Source of the DNA: an uncultured Actinomycetota bacterium
Lineage (GTDB): Bacteria > Actinomycetota > Actinomycetes > Streptosporangiales > Streptosporangiaceae
Reading direction: 5' to 3'
Length of the DNA: 64,000 bases
Assembly (NCBI GenBank): GCA_963731285.1
Contig: CAVSUR010000006.1
Coordinates: 14,336 to 78,335 of the forward strand
Numbering within the stretch: position 1 is the stretch's first letter; every line of letters begins with the position of its first letter. Made by a program: the position numbers and the translations under genes. Below are positions 60,869-64,000 of the stretch, one piece after another. Below the pieces are notes generated by a model that worked only from the letters and a program-made list of their open reading frames with translations, did no database searches and was not told the DNA's origin.

Positions 60869-62728
60869 ATGCCTGTCCCCACCACCGGCCCGGCGAGCCG
60901 GATGGATCGCCGCGCCCGCCCGCTGCCACCTGACGGCGGTTACCGCCGCGGCGACCTGGCCGCTGCGGCGGCTGTGGCCGTGCTGCTGGTACACCTTTTA
61001 TTCGCTCAGGTCACGCTGATCCTGGCGGCAGCCTTCGTGGTGACGAGCCGGCTCGAGCCGGTGGCGGCCGCTGTGGCTGGCCGGGCCCGCCGCGGCTGGC
61101 CTGGTCTGGGCATGCGCGATCGGCCCTGGCCGCGCGCTCGCCGGGTTCGTGGCCGGGCCCCGGCCAGGTGGCCGGATACCTGGCCGGGGTGCTCGGCCAT
61201 CCCGCCGCACTGCTGCACTTTTCGCGCGGCTACGCCGGGCTCGGCGGCTGGCTGCCCCGGCAGGTCCCGATCGCGCTGATCGCGGCCGCAGGCGAGGCGC
61301 TCGCGGCGGGCTGGGCGCGCCGGCGCCGGACCGGCGAGCCCGCGCACTACCGGCCCGGCCTGATCGTCGCGCTGCGGCGCCGCAGCGCGATCACGGCGCT
61401 GACCGCGGGGGACACGCTGACTGCGACCGGGGCCTGCCTGGGCCTGGATCCGGCGACCGGGCGGCGGGCCGCGATCTCCTGGGCCGAGGCGCGGCACGGC
61501 GTGCTGGTGACCGGGCCGGATTCCGCCGCCCTGGCGCAGACCGCGCGGGCGCTGGCCGCCCGGCGATCCGGCGCCGTAGGGCCGTGATCGTGATCGACCT
61601 TGACGGCCACGCGGCCGCTGGCCTGCCTGCCGCCTGCGCCGCCGCCGGAGCGCCGCTGCGCAGCTTCGGCCCGGCTGGACCCGGCTGTTATGAACCGGTC
61701 CGCGGCGCCCGGCCGGAGCGCATCGCCGGGCTCGCGCTCGCGATGATCGACTGGTCCGGCGTGAGCGACGCGCACCGCCGGACGGCCGCCGCCTACCTGA
61801 CTGACGCCTGTGCCGTGCTCGCCGCGGCGCCCGGCGCGGGCGGGCGGCCCGTGCTCGACGACCTCGCCGCCCTGCTGCAGCCGGACGAGCTGCGCGCCCG
61901 GCGCGGCCGCCATCCCGCGCTATCACGGGCGCGCGAAAGTGCTGGCCGAGCGGGCCGATGTGTCCGCGACGCTGCTGGCCGCCGACCCGGCCGCCATGGC
62001 GGCGGCTGCCGAGCAGCTGCTCCGGCTGCGCGGATCCGCGCTCGGGCACTGGCTGCGGCCGGTACCGGCCGCAGCCCCCGGCGCGGGCGCCGCCGCCGCG
62101 CTGACCGGCCCGGGCTGACCTGGCCCATGCTGACCTGGCCGGGAGCGGCCCAGCCGGGCCGGTGCCGATCAGCCTGAGCCAGGCCCTGCGCGAGCGTGCC
62201 GTAGTGTCGTTTGCCCTGGACCAGGCGGTGCACGGCCGGGCCGCGCGGATGGTCGCGGCGCTGGCTGCCGCCGATCTGCTCGACCTGCTCGGCGAGCTGC
62301 AGGCCATGGGCGTGCGCGCCGACTGCCTGACCTGGGTCAGCGGCTGCGAGACGCTCGCCCGCCGCGCAGCTCGCCGAGCTGGTGCAGCGGGGCCAGCAGA
62401 CCGGGACGGCCATCCTGCTGACCACCACCCCGCCGCCGCGGCAGCCGGGCTGGCCGCCGCCGTCAAGGTGGCAGCGGTGCGCGGGCCCGCCAGCCCGCCG
62501 CTCGCGGCCGCGCTGGCGGACCTGACCGGGCCGGCCGCCGGCCACCGCGGCACCGGGACCAGGCCAGCCGGGCCGGCCCTTGTGCTGTCCGGTGACGGCG
62601 AGAAGGCGACGGCCGCCGCCTTCTCGCGCGGCGGCAGCGAGGCGCTCACCGTGCTGGTCCGCCCGCCGCGCGGCCGTCTGCTGACCTCCTGCCAGGCGGT
62701 GGGGCCCGGATCGGGCGGCCGCCGGTGA
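60869..62728 (+). pseudogene. Membrane-anchored TraD/VirD4-like (coupling-protein-like) gene with a degenerate P-loop, readable only across about 7 frame switches
   Basis: N-terminal helices (LAAAAAVAVLLVHLLFAQVTLILAAAFVV in frame 2, WLAGPAAAGLVWACAIG in frame 0). Then ARHGVLVTGPDSAALAQTARALA (frame 1), RRRRAVIVIDLDG...IDWSGVSDAHRRTAAAYLTDA (frame 0) and VLAERADVSATLLAADP...LRLRGSALGHWLRP (frame 1). Last are ISLSQALRERAVVSFALDQAVHGRAA...ADCLTWVSGCETL (frame 2) and QLAELVQRGQQTGTAILLTTT (another frame). GC3 periodicity follows these switches. Confidence 0.4.
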
Positions 62729-62758
62729 GCAGCAGCGGCCAGCCCGGCCGACGGCCCG

Positions 62759-64000
62759 GTGGTGACCGGAACCGTGCCGCCGTGGTCGTCCCCGCCATCG
62801 CCCGGGATCGACCCGGGCCGTATTTACCTGGGCTGGCAGCATGCGCTGCTGCTGCCCGAGCCCGGGCCGCCGCCGCGCCGCCCGCCGCCGCCGGACTTCG
62901 AGCAGCTCAGCCCGGACTGGGAGGCCGCGCAGCGGCGCGAGGGCCGGCACTGGGCCGGCCGCGCCGGCGGGTGGCGGCCGGCTGCGCGGCGCTGGCCGCC
63001 CTGGCTGCCGCGGCCTGGCCGCTGGGCTGGGTCAACCCGGCGCTGGCCGTCCTGGCGCTGGCGGTCGCGGCGGCCGCGGCGCGGCCAGCGGCCGGGCGCT
63101 GCGCCGTGACGGCCACCGGCTACGCGCGGAGATCGACGCCGAGCGGGACCGGGTGGCGGCCATCCGCGCGGTCCAGCAGAGCCGGATGCCGCCCGCCAGG
63201 AGCAGCACGCCCGGGCCTACCGGGCCTGGCAGCAGCGCCGGACCGCGTTCGCCCGCCAGCCGCAGTGGTTCGCCGGTGTCGGTGCCCGGCGGACATCGAC
63301 CGGGTGGACGTGGCCGGCGGCACGCTGGCCGGCTGGTCGGCGCTGCTGACCACGATCGCGGCGCCGCGGCTGGCCGCGGGCGGCGAGGTCACCGTGCTCG
63401 ACCTGACCGAGGGCGCGGTGGCCGCCGACCTGGTCGCCGTGGCGCGCCGGTCCGGGATCGACCCGCTGGTGTGGGTGCTGCCCGGCGGACCTGCCGCGGC
63501 TGGACCTGGGCACCGGGCTCGGCAGCCCGGCCCTGGCCGACGTGCTCGCGCAGGCGGTCGGCGCCAGCGAGCAGCCGGACGGAGGCGGCGCGGGCGGCTC
63601 TGGCGATCCGGCCAGGGACGCGGCCATCCTCGGCCGGGTGCTCGAGGTGCTCGGCGGCCAGCCGGGCATCGGCCGCTGCCCGCCGCGCTGCGGGTGCTGG
63701 CCGAGGTCGGGACCCGCGGGCCGACCTGCGAGCCGGGGCTGCTGACGGCCGGGCAGGTCCGGCGGATCAGCGGGCTGTTCGGCCGCGGCGCGGCCGAGCG
63801 AGTGGTGATCGAGCGGGCCTGGGCGCTCGAGTCCCGGCTGACTGCGATCTGGCAGCTCGGGTCGCGCGCCGTCCGGCCTGGCGCCGAGCCGGCTGCGGAT
63901 CGCCGGCTGGACCGGCGATCGGCGTGACTGGCAGCCGGATGCTCGGCACCTACCTGGCCGTCGCGCTGACCCACCTGCTGCGGCAGGCCAGCTCCGGCCG
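62759..64000 (+). pseudogene. Second multi-frame gene (Pro-rich N-terminus, TM helix, coiled coil, alpha/beta domain); runs off the window
   Basis: Pieces are VTGTVPPWSSPPSPGIDPGRIYLGWQHALLLPEP (frame 2), ALAALAAAAWPLGWVNPALAVLALAVAAAAA (frame 1) and EQHARAYRAWQQRRTAFARQPQWF (frame 0). Then come DIDRVDVAGGTLAGWSALLTTIAAPRLAAGGEVTVLDLTEGAVAADLVAVARRSGIDPLVWVLP (frame 1), DVLAQAVGASEQP...ILGRVLEVLGG (frame 2) and LLTAGQVRRISGLFGRGAAERVVIERAWALESRL (frame 1). Confidence 0.3.

Noticed and set aside
61006-63974. Long minus-strand ORFs (61006..62649, 61793..62950, 63120..63974)
   Set aside because: They are extreme Arg/Pro/Ala/Gly composition with no hydrophobic cores or motifs. The plus strand shows GC3 periodicity and protein-like segments. 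They are open only because stops are rare at this GC content.

Overview
Very GC-rich segment from an actinobacterial chromosome. Evidence for the taxon: the mycothiol gene mshD, a glnR-mshD-phoT/pstB neighbourhood, and many Hanks kinases and ECF sigma factors. I found no rRNA, no intact tRNA and no CRISPR array. The window falls into four parts. (1) 0-10 kb holds a membrane Ser/Thr kinase. It is followed by a 5.7-kb graveyard of mobile-element remnants: a broken tyrosine integrase, an IS1380 fragment and two head-to-head decayed IS110 copies, with one intact membrane-anchored CbbX/SpoVK-type AAA+ ATPase. This block is bracketed by two direct copies of the 3' half of a tRNA-Phe-like sequence, and a truncated FtsX-type permease lies next to it. 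(2) 10-43 kb is an accessory patchwork. It contains an NRMT-like Nramp transporter translationally coupled to a pore-less PRC/MgtE_N/CBS protein, and a second Ser/Thr kinase. It also has a LuxR/HisKA_3 two-component pair preceded by a free-standing duplicate of the kinase's own membrane sensor. Other genes are a VIT1 transporter, an orphan zf-HC2 anti-sigma with COG4315-type lipoproteins, and YciI, DinB, VOC and beta-helix proteins. Many genes here are broken by frame switches: IS5-like and ISL3 remnants, GrpB, a DUF6325/SHOCT pair, a ~3-kb unknown gene, MarR, a heavily frameshifted gltX copy and a Bcr/CflA MFS. (3) 43-60 kb is a fully intact conserved block. It runs M19 dipeptidase, DUF427, Ppx/GppA, a HAMP-HATPase protein lacking the H-box, a DivIVA-like coiled-coil protein, mshD, glnR, MoaD/ThiS-like, ECF sigma plus anti-sigma, thioredoxin-DUF4395-rhodanese-DUF1416, then pstB followed by pstS-pstC-pstA. 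(4) 60.9-64 kb contains a GntR-like regulator, then at least two genes that can only be read by hopping frames: a membrane-anchored TraD/VirD4-like protein with a degenerate P-loop, and a membrane/coiled-coil protein. All calls rest on manual reading of the ORF track and the sequence. Family names are from memory of motifs, not from searches.
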